DNA of 63,746 nucleotides from Selaginella moellendorffii (Eukaryota; Plantae; Lycopodiophyta), in NCBI RefSeq assembly GCF_000143415.4, contig NW_003314286.1, positions 1,897,243 through 1,960,988 of the forward strand, given 5' to 3'. A program made the position numbers and the translations under genes. This document shows positions 49,057 to 60,907 of the stretch, piece after piece. Each line of letters starts with the position of its first letter. Position 1 is the first letter of the stretch. A model generated the notes under the pieces. It had not been told where the DNA came from, did no database searches, and saw only the letters and a list, made by a program, of their open reading frames with translations.

Positions 49057-50986
49057 CAGTGGTCGACAAATGCCTCCTTCTCCCATATAAAAACCTGGAA
49101 CTTTTTAAAAACTCCCGGGCAGATCAAACTATGAAGGATCTACGGCCCGGGAAAAAAATCATGTATAAGGATTTAACCTTGGTTATTTGATATCAAGAGG
49201 ATTTTATCTTGGGTATTTTAATAAGAAAAGGATTTTTTTGTTAATCCATATTAATTAATTGAAATATAAGTACATTTAACTTAGTGTTAAAGATGCTAGT
49301 AGAATATACTACATACCACCTGTTAGCAGAGTAGGTAGGTCATTTTCAGGAGCGAGAGCCCACTCGGTGAGACGTTGCGTGCTACTTAGGTAAACGTGGT
49401 AGAATGCCGAAACTACCTCTAGGTAAAAAGAAGCGTCCCTTAGCTACTGATCTTGCTTCTGGGAGGCAATCAACTCTAAATTTTTGGAAAGCTGCTGTGC
49501 AAACAGAGATTGAGAATGATATTGAGGAACTAGATGATGATGCAACATCAGGGCATTTTAAGGAGCATTGGAAGCAGAGCTACTGTTGGTTAGAATTTGA
49601 TGCAATTGAAGGCACAATGTTTTGCAAGATTTGTAAGGCAAATCCACGAACTAAGAATATTTTTGGCAAACAGGGTAGTAGTAATTTTCGAAAAAGTGCC
49701 TTACGCAGTCATGCTAGCTCTGAAGATCACAAGGAGTCTGTATTTGCTGAGGAGGTGCATCATGGGAAGCAGCAATCGATTTTAGAAGTTACAACTAAAC
49801 ATCTACACCATGCTGAACAAGAGGTGCTTGTGTTATTTCGTTCTGCTTATTATATTGCAAAAGGATTTGCTCCATTCACTCGTTTTCCAAAGCTGATTGA
49901 ACTTCATCGACTTAATGGGATGAACATTCCAAGATATTACGACAATGACAAAGGTTGTTCACGACTAATAACTTCTATTAACGAGGTATGTTTATGAGAC
50001 CATGTTAATTGATTCTAACATGGTTCATGTTTCACTTCAGGTTATGGTTAAAAATATCTTACAAAAAGTCAGGGAAAGTCCTTATTTTGGATTGATGGTG
50101 GATGAATCGACTAATATAAGGTATTCCTTAATTTGGATTTATTAGTTTTCTTACGATTTGATTTATTTTTAGCACTATGAAGCATTTGATCTTTTACGTG
50201 ACTTACATCGAATGTGGTTGTGTGAAGACGAGCTACTTGGGGATTGTCAACATTGGTGATAGTGGTGCAGCAAGTATCTTTAACTGCATTAGTGATATGC
50301 TTAAGCAATGGAACTTAGATATGCAGCGGTTCATGGGTTTTGGTTCAGATGGATGTAATGTCATGGCTAGTAGCAGGACAGGGGTAGCAACCAGGCTAAA
50401 GGAGATTAATCCCTTCTTAAGCAGTGTTCACTGTATGGCACATCGAGCCAATTTATGTGTGGATCCTTCAGCCTTCATGGAAGAGTATTCAACTTGGAAG
50501 CTGCTTGCCTCAGAGGAATGGAAAGGACGAAATTTTATTGATATATGGAGCATCATACATAGTCAAGCAAGTTGGGCAGAGAGCTTTCCAAACTTGCTTC
50601 GAGTTGGTGAAATTGGGATGGTGCAGTGTGTTAGCACTGCAAGTTGCGAGTGAGGTTTTAGCAGAATAAACTTGATCAAGAACAAGTACAGAAATTAGAT
50701 GAGTACTGAAACAATTGATGCTCTCGTAAGGATTTCAATTGAAAGTCCTGAAATTCAGAAGTTTAACTTTGATGAAGTTGTGGACCACTGGAAAAAAACT
50801 GCACACTATCGACAAATTTTCTCACAATTGTAAGCTTGTTTAACCTTATGTTTTTATTAATAAAAGGATTTTGACTTGAGAAAATTTTGATTAGAAGGTT
50901 TAATCCTGGGAATTTTGAAATATCCTTGGAGGTTAAACTCGAGGAGGATTTTTGCTTTGGAAGGTGAAAGGATTTGTCGAACGCTG
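49057..50986 (+). mobile_element. hAT DNA transposon, internally deleted and non-autonomous
   Basis: 15-bp imperfect TIRs CAGTGGTCGACAAAT / ATTTGTCGAACGCTG and a perfect 8-bp TSD CTGGTGGA (49049-49056 and 50987-50994). Confidence 0.95.
49404..50833 (+). pseudogene. hAT transposase pseudogene (TTF-type zinc finger, DDE core, dimerisation domain; ZNF862-like)
   Basis: WLEFDAIEGTMFCKIC...HASSEDH; LMVDEST; FGSDGCNVM; HCMAHRANL; VSTASCE*GFSRINLIKNKYRN*MSTETIDAL. Two introns (~49987-50040 and ~50121-50172), a large deletion after the CxxH motif, and two stops. Confidence 0.9.
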
Positions 50987-52086
50987 CTGGTGGATCAAAA
51001 GCGCAAGTGAGCTAAGCACTTGGTGATGTGCCAAGCCATTTACTTTTCCGAGTGGCTCTTTCTCCTTGATACAGAAAATCCAGTGGGGGAGTACTAATCT
51101 TAATTCCACTCCCGAATGAAAACCCAGTAAATATGACACATGTGACATGTATGTCAAGGAAGTGGGGCAAAAAGGATTGGCACACTTGCTCTTCTCTCGT
51201 GCTGCAACCAAGCGTGGAGTGTGCTATGAGTTTGCATCCTGCACTCTGGCGTGGAGCTCTCCATGGGGATCCAGCTACCGAATCATCCATGGCAAAGCCA
51301 AGAGCAGGGTTGCTGCTGTGATCTATCACATCGGATTCAGCAAAAGTGACAATAGATACTCATCAACTTTGTCATACATTGTAGTAGTAGCTACTTTACT
51401 GTGAGAACATCATTTCAAGATGCAAGAATGAGGTTGGTTTTCAAGAGTTGCTTTCAGGCGAGTTCTACCACAAACTTTATAAGACACATTTGTATGGTGC
51501 TAAAGGAATTAGGAAAAAAGGCACCTCAAAGGTATGCTAATGGATAATGGATCGATATTTTTTCGTTTTACCCTTATTTAAAACTCATGGGTTGACATAG
51601 TTTTTTACTATCGTGGCAAAAACTGGTTGCGAGAGTGGTCGTGAGTCGTCACAATCATCTTCGGGTGGGTTCGAGATCACTTGCACAACATTGGATAACC
51701 TTAGTTTAGTTAAACCAGAAATCACTGAGCCTTAAGCAAAGCGTTAGTATATTTCAACAATCTATTCTATCAGTGCCGCGAGATTTTCCGACGATAGCCA
51801 CTGTAAGATCACACGATGGTTAATTCCGCAGAAGAGAGTCGAGTCAACATTACCGGAAAAGAAAAACGCTTGAGAGTCCATACGAGTTCTCCTCCTCCAT
51901 TTTCTCATTGACTTGACCTGAAACAACGAAAGAGATGATAACTTGCCTTTACGCAAAGCATACCTTTATGCATGTTAGATCGTCCCTCGCGCTTCTCCTA
52001 GCTAGACTCTCAACAGAGGAACTCTAAGAAATCCACACTTAGAAGACAATCATACAAGGGCATGAAAGTCTTACTTTGATCGAAGC

Positions 52087-55000
52087 TCACATATCATCCA
52101 CGTACTGGATCTCTCCCATGAGCATTCGGTTGCTCGCGACGCTGAATCCCAGAAGAGACGGGTCCACTATCTTCTTGCCTTTCTTTGTTTTCTTCTTGGA
52201 AACAGTCTGACTGCCTCCCTCGACTTTGGTATCGCTTTTAGGCCCGCTGTTGAATACTTGGAGCATCTGCGGTGTCATGAGCTCCCGACACCGTAAGAAT
52301 TCGCCTTTGAAAGCCTGGGCGTCGGAGCTTTCTCCAAGATACTGAGTCAGGGAACGCTCCGCCTCAAGCACGGACGGGAGCGAAACACAGTAATCAAGCT
52401 GCCTCATATCTTCCACCACACAAAGAAAGAAAGCGATCAGATTCCATGTATCAGAAAGCCCAAGCACGTACCACTGCTGCCAGTAAGTTCCTTGATTTGT
52501 GTCTCACACCAGCTTCGAAAGGACTTTACATCAGCAGCCGTGAGAAGACTTTGTGGAGCGAGGGGCATCACAGAGCCTGCATCTCAAGTTTAAGAAAACA
52601 GAATCACCTCAACCGAGAGATTACCTTGCTGGTTGCTCGGAACTAATCCGTTCGAAACAATATCTACAAGACTGTCCACAAGCAGCGGTTAGAAACCAGC
52701 TAGGACTAAAAAAGAGGAACACTTACTCAGGTTTTACATTCGTTGGCGCTGAATTCTCACTAGTTAAGAAATCCTGTATTCCTGTGTGAACTCTGCTTTG
52801 TGAGGCGTCAGCTTGCAAAGGTCTGGTGGATGACATTTGCATACCGTTCTCGAGCTTCCCAGCTTGCGTGCTAGACAAGTCCACGGGAGTCGCTAGCTTC
52901 ATCTTTCTGTTCTCCACCTCTCTAACAGGCGCATGAAAACCATCAGACACGAAGCCATCATAGGAAGGAAAACTACCAGATAGGAACCCCTTTTGCACTT
53001 CAACTCCCTGTTGATTCAGAGGTGCTGAGTGCTTCAAGTAGCTGTCTGGCATACTAGCAGGGATGTTGTTACTGAACACTCCATTGTGCTGCAGTCCACC
53101 CCGCCACTTGAAGTTTTCAGGCTCTGCCGTGTTATTCCAGAGTGATGGCTGCAGCTCACGTTCTATTGATACTTTTCTTTCGTGAAGTTGCTGGTTCCTC
53201 ATTAGTTGCTGAAGCATGTACTCCTGAGATGACAAGCCCTGACGATCCATCTTATGGTTGTGTACCACCTGATCCGCTATTCCCAAACCCAGAGAAGCCT
53301 GATTGCGCTCTAAGCTCTTCAAATACTGCTCTTGCATCATCTGCTCTTCCCATGACGGTATCCGAGAGGATGGATTTCCTGCCCCTGATATGATAGCCTG
53401 AAGTGCCTCCTTTGTTAAACCTTGATGAACTTCATTCCTTGGTTGCGGAAAAAAATTCTCGCTGGAGACCCTCTGCAACCCCGCAAGCGTCTGGAGTTCC
53501 AGCTGCTCAAGGCGATCGCGCTCTTCGAAACCATGGCCAGGAAGACGATCGTCTCGAGCATATAATGCCGGCAAACTGGACTGATGCTGCAGTCTAGGCT
53601 GGTGCATGTTATCCATAACTCGCATCGGATATCCTGAATCGTCAACCTTCCAGACTCCAGATATACGCCTCTCCGGAAAGTTTTGAGGTGCACTCAGGAG
53701 TCTACTGAGCTCACGCTCTTGCTGTTTCTGCTGCAAAAGGTGCATAAGAACATCTTGTTGATGTCTCGACTGCATGAGCTGAAGATACTGATCGGACAGC
53801 GAGTTTATCAGCCTCTCTTCCTGTTGTTGCATGATCTGCTTCTCGATGCCATAAAGTCCGGGATGGACTTGTTGCTGTTCGTACTGATACGGAAGCTGTT
53901 CCATTAGGAGTTGCTCGCGTCGAAGAGGGTCCATAATAAAGTCCGACATAGAGCGCTGTAAGTTTTTGGTGTGAAGAGGAGAGTGATCTGATACAGCTCC
54001 GGGTTGCATGTGGAAGTCGAGGGATGAATGCTGTACTTGTTGCCTGGCGAGGGCTTGGGCTTGCTGTTGACGCGCGAGCTCAAGCTCTTCCAGCTCGTGG
54101 ACAAACGACCGTGGAGGTTTCTCCATTTGCATAAAAGGCTGGACAAGGTGTTCATCCTTTCGACCAGCAGCGACAATGCTGTCGTCTGGAAGTGAACCCG
54201 GCACTTGAGGATGAAGAAACGAAGATAATAGCTGCCCAGAAACCTCCGTCTGACTAGCGATCGTCTTTTGTTTATCAGCATTGTCTTTACGCTCGTCTGC
54301 TAGATAAAATGGCCTAATATCAGAGAAGCCAGATCCTGAAAATAGAGAAGTACCTCTTGCTGTCTCGATAACTGCTGTTCGCTCGGTAGTTTGAACAAGT
54401 TGCGGCATGACGCTCCCGAGAGGAATAAAAGGACTGCCTTCTGGAGCAGAAGCGTCTCGCACGAGTAGATCCGGCCCAAAATAACCCGCCTCGTACCACT
54501 GAAGGATGTCACCACTTGAGAAAGGGCCTTGAACATCTCCTTGCGGATCCACATATAAAAGTTTTAACGTCTCAGGCTCAGGCGGCACAACTTGCTTTTC
54601 CTTCTCCGCTACATCAACCTGCTGTAATTTAATATCCTCAGCGAAAGTTTCTAAAGGAGGCTCGACGTGTTTCACTTCATCGGTGATCTCAGTTGGCGAA
54701 GAATATTCAGTAATAGAGGTATCGATAGTGTCGATTTTCTCATCCACCAGCTTCTCTTCATCTGTAACGAGTTTTTTTTGTAGAATTCGTATTTGCAAAC
54801 TTGTGACCCTACCTGGAAGAACAGAATCCATTCTCGACGTAGCCTCAGAAAGCCTCTTACTTCTACCATTCGAACTGATGCTGCTCACAGTTTTACCCTT
54901 CCAAATGCTTTCCAAAACAAGCTGAAACAGCAAGACAAAAGTTAGGAAACGTAAATTCTTAGCTGAACGAACCTGTTCCTCGGGATTTGGAGTAACAAAA

Positions 55001-55807
55001 GCCAAAGGATCCATTGGGGAAGACTCAGAAACCTCCGACACATCTGGGCTAAGTTCCTTCTCGGTAAACCCAGAGGCTCCGCCACACTTCCGATATATAT
55101 CCAGCAACTTGGCTCTTGGATACTTGAAAGAGTTGCCTGGCTTCTCAACGGTTGGTGGAGGAGCCCCAATGTGTCCTCCACTCAACGCAGCACTGTAAGA
55201 CCCAAGAGTAGTACCACTCGCTCTTCCACGACCAGCAGCAAAGCCAACAGACCCCACTCCCCGGCCTCGGCCAGCACCAAATCCTGGAGCAGACTTTGGT
55301 AGAGCAGAGGGCGCGGGCGAACGACCTGCCAGCCACTTCTCTCGACGAAACTCCTTCTCTTTGTCGTCCGGACCCCATCGGTTGCTCCACTTTCCATCTC
55401 GTCTCGAGTCATAAGCATCCCGATCACGATTGACAGGCTCCACCCAGCGATCTCTGCGAGTTCCTACAGTTTCCCGTTCGTCTTCCCGCCAGCGCTCACG
55501 ATCCGGCGTTCCAATGCCAGGAGATAAAGTTCGCCACCAATCTTTCTTCTTGTCCCCATCCCCACGCTTGGAATCCGGGTCACCTCCTTTCGGAGTGGAC
55601 GGAAGTTCCTGAGAACAAGTAAATAGTGTGTGAATTCTACTGGCAAAAAAATCAAAAGAGCTTACCGCGGGGAGCTTTGTATCACCATGCTTGGCAGACA
55701 ACCACTGCGGCGACAGTGGAACTGTAGAAATTGATGTGTAAAGTCAGAACAAACTGGATCTAGAATACGAGGCGCATACCAGCATGCTTGTAGCTATCGT
55801 CCATCAT
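52087..55807 (-). CDS. GYF-domain protein, EXA1/GIGYF-like translational regulator, multi-exon
   Basis: VPLSPQWL exon; [10 protein letters not shown]; [10 protein letters not shown]; [10 protein letters not shown] (YxxxxLphi eIF4E-family-binding motif); GYF domain [27 protein letters not shown]; C-terminal [27 protein letters not shown]. Confidence 0.92.
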
Positions 55808-56191
55808 CGTAGCGCGAGAATTTCCAGAGCAATCCACCGATTTCGCTTCCAATTGCTCGCAAACCCTAAACCCTATGACATCCTGGGCGAGGATCAAGAA
55901 GCCCTAGCTCCGAGCCGCTCCAAACCCTATCGCCTCGATCGATTCCTACAACAGCGCGCGCGCCCAGCGCAAACCCTATGTCACGCGCAATGGATCGCGG
56001 AGAGAAATTCTTCGCTATCTCCACCACCGGGCGCTCACCGCTCGCAGACAGGCAATCCCGAGAATCAGATACCCTATAGGCGATCGCTGAGAAACGGGAC
56101 CATAGAATAAGGGCATATTCACTCCGGGAAGTAAAAAAATTGTAAATCTTTTGAAAGATGCTGACCTAATTCTCGCCGCCTCTTCTTTGAT

Positions 56192-58138
56192 ATGAATGTG
56201 GCGCTAGCGCAAAGCGTTCGTCCTAGAACTCACTGCCTCGATCTAATCCAGTCCTGCGACACCCTTCCAGGGGCTCGAGCTATCCATTCTCGCGTAAATT
56301 CTTCGATCGATCCCAGAGACGTCTTCGTTTTTAACAAGCTCATCGAGCTATACGGGAAATGCCGGAGCTGGGAAAGCGCTCGAGGAGTCTTTGATTCCAT
56401 TCCCCCAAATTCCAAGGATCTCTTCTCCTGGGACTTGATGCTAATTTCCTACACACGAAATGGGCAGCTCGACCACGCTAGCCGCTTCTTATCTTCCCAG
56501 ATGCCTTTCCATAGTCTCATCTCTTGGAACTTGATGCTCTCCGCATATGCTCAGGCTCGGAATATCGACGAAGCACAGCTCCTGTTTACTCAAATGCCCG
56601 AGAAGAATCTTATCTCGTGGAATGCCATGCTCACAGTATATGCCCAAAGTGGGCATCTACAAACCTCCATTCTGCTCTTCGAAGAGATGCCAGTGAGAAG
56701 CCTCGTGTCGTGGAATTCACTTCTAACGGGATATTCCCAAAATGGGAATCTAGCCCAGTGCAGGGAGCTCTTTGATTTCCAGCCAGAGCACAATGTCCTC
56801 TCCTCTACCATCATGCTAACAGCATATGCTCAGGACGGGCATGTTGAGCTCGCCATGCGTGTATTCTCTCAAATGGAGGAACGGAATCTCATCTCCTACA
56901 CGGCCATTCTCGTCGCACATACCCAGCTCGGCTCCACCCAAGATGCCGAGAGATTCTTCTTCGATTTTATGCCGGAATGGGACTTGGTGTCCACCACCAC
57001 GATGATCACCGAGTTTGGCAACTATGGAAGACTCGAAGAGGCACAAAATCTCTTCGAGGCTCTGCCCGAGCAAAACCTCGTCTCGGAAACCGCGATGCTG
57101 GCGGCGTATTCCCAGAACGGAAGCTTGGAACAGGCAAGGAATCTTTTCGAGCGGTCGATGCGGCAGTGGGATCACATCTCCTTGAGTGCCATGCTCTCGG
57201 CCTACGCGCACAATGGGTGCTTGGAGGATGCCCAGGGGATATTTGATCGGATGGAGCACCTCAGCCTCACGGCGTGCAATGCGATGCTCACGGCACACGC
57301 TCAGAACGGAAATCTCGAGCGAGCAAGGCAGATTTTCGACGCGATGGGCAGTAAAAATCTAGTGTCGTGGAACGCAATTCTATCAGCATATGCCCAATGC
57401 TTGTATCTTGACGAGGCAAGAGTTGTGTTTGATTCAATGCCAGAACACGATATGATATCGTGGAATTCAATTTTATCCGCAACGGCACAACACGGTAATA
57501 TGAATGATGCAGAATATTTGTTTGTGAAGCTACCATATCAAACGTCGCTGTCTTGGAACACCATGATCACTGCAAATGCCCAAGTCGGGCATCTTCTTGA
57601 AACGACGAAAATGTTTGACGAGATGTGGGAGAGAAATGTTCTTTCGTGGACGGCGGTGTTGACTGCTCACTTCCACCACGGTCAATCAGACGAAGCTCTC
57701 CTTGTGTTTGACTCCATGAAACTGGACGATGTAGTACCAGACGAGATTTGCTTTGTGCTCGTCCTGCTAGCTTGCAGCCACGCAGGGAAAGTCTTCCTGG
57801 GGCGATGTTACTTCCAGTCGATGATGGCGGATTTCGGAATCCAGCCCTCTAAGCAGCACTACTGCTGCGTCCTAGACGTGCTTGCGCGATCCGGACATTT
57901 AAGCGAGGCTAGAGATCTCATCAAAGCCATGCCTTTCAAGGCGGATGCCTCGGACTGGAGGTGCTTGCTAGGAGCTAGCAGGAGTTACAGCAATCTCCAC
58001 GTTGGGGCCGACGCTGCCAAGACGATCCTCGGCTTGAATCCGCAGGACTCGGCCTCTTACGTGCTCCTCGCAAACATGTATCGAGCACGGGAAGAAAATT
58101 CCGCCAGCGATTCAGCCCAAGTAAACGCACCCGACTGA
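56192..58138 (+). CDS. PLS-class pentatricopeptide repeat protein with many short S-type repeats and an E domain, no DYW; intronless
   Basis: Repeated 31-aa motifs (MPEKNLISWNAMLTVYAQSG etc.), VLLACSHAG, HYCCVLDVLARSG...AMPF...WRCLLGA, ASYVLLANMY. Confidence 0.93.
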   Translation: MNVALAQSVRPRTHCLDLIQSCDTLPGARAIHSRVNSSIDPRDVFVFNKLIELYGKCRSWESARGVFDSIPPNSKDLFSWDLMLISYTRNGQLDHASRFLSSQMPFHSLISWNLMLSAYAQARNIDEAQLLFTQMPEKNLISWNAMLTVYAQSGHLQTSILLFEEMPVRSLVSWNSLLTGYSQNGNLAQCRELFDFQPEHNVLSSTIMLTAYAQDGHVELAMRVFSQMEERNLISYTAILVAHTQLGSTQDAERFFFDFMPEWDLVSTTTMITEFGNYGRLEEAQNLFEALPEQNLVSETAMLAAYSQNGSLEQARNLFERSMRQWDHISLSAMLSAYAHNGCLEDAQGIFDRMEHLSLTACNAMLTAHAQNGNLERARQIFDAMGSKNLVSWNAILSAYAQCLYLDEARVVFDSMPEHDMISWNSILSATAQHGNMNDAEYLFVKLPYQTSLSWNTMITANAQVGHLLETTKMFDEMWERNVLSWTAVLTAHFHHGQSDEALLVFDSMKLDDVVPDEICFVLVLLACSHAGKVFLGRCYFQSMMADFGIQPSKQHYCCVLDVLARSGHLSEARDLIKAMPFKADASDWRCLLGASRSYSNLHVGADAAKTILGLNPQDSASYVLLANMYRAREENSASDSAQVNAPD

Positions 58139-58960
58139 GCTCTCGGCCTCAATCTCGAGAACCGACCGTGACGCTTGAGCAGCTCCACGATCCATGCCTT
58201 TGCTTGCTTGCAAGCTTGCAAGAAGCTCGTCCTCACGGACGCGGGACGAAAGGCATGGTCGCGATGAGCTCCTCCGAGTTTCGCAACCTGCCGGATCGCG
58301 CGAGCGCGTCCACCATGCAGCTGTAGTGCTGCTTGGACCCTCGCAGCACAAAGTCACCGATCATCGAAACGAGGCAGCATCGCCCATCCTCGGTTTTTCC
58401 TCGACGGCTGCAAGCGATCAAGGCCGACACGAAGCACACTTCGTCCACCATATCCAGCAGCTTCATCTCTCCAAACACTCGATGGCTTCGCGGTAGCGGC
58501 CATTGTGAGCGTTGGCTGCAAGAACCGGCCCAGGTCACCATTCCTCGATCTGGCAGCGTCTCAAAGATGAGGTTTGCACACAGTTGTGATAAGCCGTGAG
58601 CATTGCGTTCCACGAGACTCTGTCCCGCTCGGGCATGCTGGAAAAGAGGAGCCTGGCTTCGGTGACATGCCCGTTCTGGGCATACCGGGAGAGCATCACA
58701 CATTATCTTGGCGTCATTCAATCGTCCAGCACAAGATCATGGTCGGGAATGGACTCCGCGGCTTCTTCAAGCTGGTGCTCCTGGGATCTGGGAATAGGCT
58801 GTGAGAATCGTGGTCGCCGAGACGATGTTCCGCTCTGGCATTCGATAGAACAGCTCCCCAGCTTTGTGTGGGCGAAGCCCGAGAGGAGAGTTCCATGAGA
58901 TTAGATCCCTCTGCCGCATTCGATCAAACAAATGCTTGCTCTCGTCCCCTGCGAATCGCG
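58112..58960 (-). pseudogene. Degraded PLS-PPR gene convergent with, and overlapping the end of, the intact PPR gene
   Basis: Fragments [62 protein letters not shown] and KQHYSCMVDALARSGRL...TMPF lie in shifting frames. Confidence 0.88.
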
Positions 58961-59008
58961 ACTAAACCGGGAGAAGACGCCAGGCGATGGACGGGAGGAT
59001 CGAAAGGC

Positions 59009-59048
59009 ATCACGCAATTGGTCGCGAGTTCGAACCTCGCTGAAACCA
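59009..59048 (+). tRNA. 3' fragment of a tRNA, probably tRNA-Val (pseudo-tRNA)
   Basis: GCAAT-TGGTC-GCGAG/TTCGAAC/CTCGC-TGAAACC-A gives a perfect T arm, a variable loop and a Val-like acceptor 3' strand, with TTTT at 59057-59060. The 5' half is absent. Confidence 0.6.
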
Positions 59049-59080
59049 GCAATATCTTTTGAGAGTGCCAATAGACTTCC

Positions 59081-59320
59081 TTGCGTTGGTGTGAGACTAT
59101 GTTGTTTGATGACTCACATTTGCTCACAATCGCTACTTTGATGGTTTTATTTAAGAAAATTTTATTCCTGTTTGAGGCATTCCGGCAAATGCCCCCGAAT
59201 GGCACTTTGACGAGCATAGCACAAAATGGCTCTTTACACCTTACCGATAAAATGCCGGTGGGAAGCACGTATTTAAATTTGAGGGCTCCTCCCAAGCTCA
59301 TATCTTTGTGGACGGGATGA
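59081..59320 (+). pseudogene. Additional short PPR relic
   Basis: EAFRQMP...LTSIAQNGSLH...DKMP motif fragments. Confidence 0.45.
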
Positions 59321-60907
59321 GGAAGAGGGGAGGTGGTGTGCGCGCTGGAAGGTTGGATTTCTCTCTCTATTCGATGCTCGATTCTGTCCCTGTGATGGAT
59401 TTCTCTTCACTCCTCCCTCTTGCCAAAGCTCGATAATCTTTCTATCGGGAGATTCTTGCCTTTGCTCGGCCGATCGGCTTGCATATAGACTGCGTTGGCT
59501 TCAGATCAGACGCTGTGGCTGGCGATGGAGATACCCCGGAGGTGGAGATTGGATCTCATTGCCTAGGTGTGTTTCCCAGGCAGAAAAAGTGAAGTACTCC
59601 TCGTCCCATGTTTAGCGTCTTCTATACAGGATATATCATGAGAGCTTTCGAGACTTTGTGATTGAATTGCCTAGAACAACTTACAACCAGTAGCTCCTTC
59701 TCAATGGTGGCTGACACTAAACAGGATTCATTATATATTTTCTTTCCTTTTTCATTTTATAGTGTCATCCATGTGGTACGATAGTTGCTCCTTTGTAACT
59801 TCTCGACAATGTGTCGTCCAACTTCGTTCACTCAATGGTCGCCTTTTAACACTAGTTTAATATCTAGTTTCTCATATATGAAGAGGCTACAAGGTCAAGG
59901 CTTCTTTGGATCACAAGGTTTGTTTCAATTGTAGCTTGATGTGCTGTACTTTCATTTATCATTGTTTTGCACGTGCCCAAAGAGAAAGTTCGGCTAGGAA
60001 TTTAGGATTGGTATATTTATTTTGAGGAAAAAACTTGACCAAATCAGGTTGGTTATCCAAGCTCTCTAGTTCTGCATACTTTCTTTCACATTCAGTTCAA
60101 AGCATCAAACCCTCCTCAAATGCTCTCTTTGTTGACTCGTCCCCAAGCCACCTTCACCTAACGAGTTAGCTGTTGCTTCCTTAAGGTCTTCCTAGGAAAA
60201 TATTTTGAAAGATGGAATGGCCCTAGTGATCAAGAGAAGGCGTCAAAGAGTCAATACGGTATGGATTAGGTAGCTGCCGCTTGGGAAGCAAACCAGAGAC
60301 TAACGATGGGCAAAGTGGTCCAGTCTCTCAAGATGGTGCAGCATAGCAACAGGAGTGGATGTCGGGCAACGTTCGAGACTCTTGAGCGCCAAACAAATTT
60401 AGGGTATAAAGCAGGCATGGATAAGGGTAGTGTGCGAGCGACAAGCATGATCTGTGCTATGTTACATGAGGTAAGAGAGCAAGATCCAGGATTACAAAAG
60501 GATGTTAGTGATCACCATTCATTGCTAAAGCCAAATGCTCAAGAAATTGAAGGCAATCAAGGTGCCATTGGAAAAGAGGCTTTGGTAATCTGGGGTTTGG
60601 AGAAAGCTATGCCCATGTGGAAATTAACCTTACCTTTGGATGTCCAGCTTGTTTATACCTGTGCATCCCAACAAACCACCTTAATCCAAGCCACACTCAG
60701 GTATATGATAACTCTTATGAAGCATCACTATTAATAAAATCTTGCAGCTTTGTAATATAAAATTGGCAAGTGATTTGAGAGTCTTAGAACGGTATAGGAT
60801 TTTGGCCAATGAAGAGATTGAAGTAGTTTTATTTCAAACTTTCTATAGTTGAGTTTTTTGGTTTGTGTAAACAAAATCTAGTGGATATATTTAAAATATG
60901 GAATATG

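Noticed and set aside
51622-51685. tRNA- or SINE-like A and B boxes (GAGAGTGG...GGTTCGAGA)
   Set aside because: No consistent cloverleaf, T stem or TSD.
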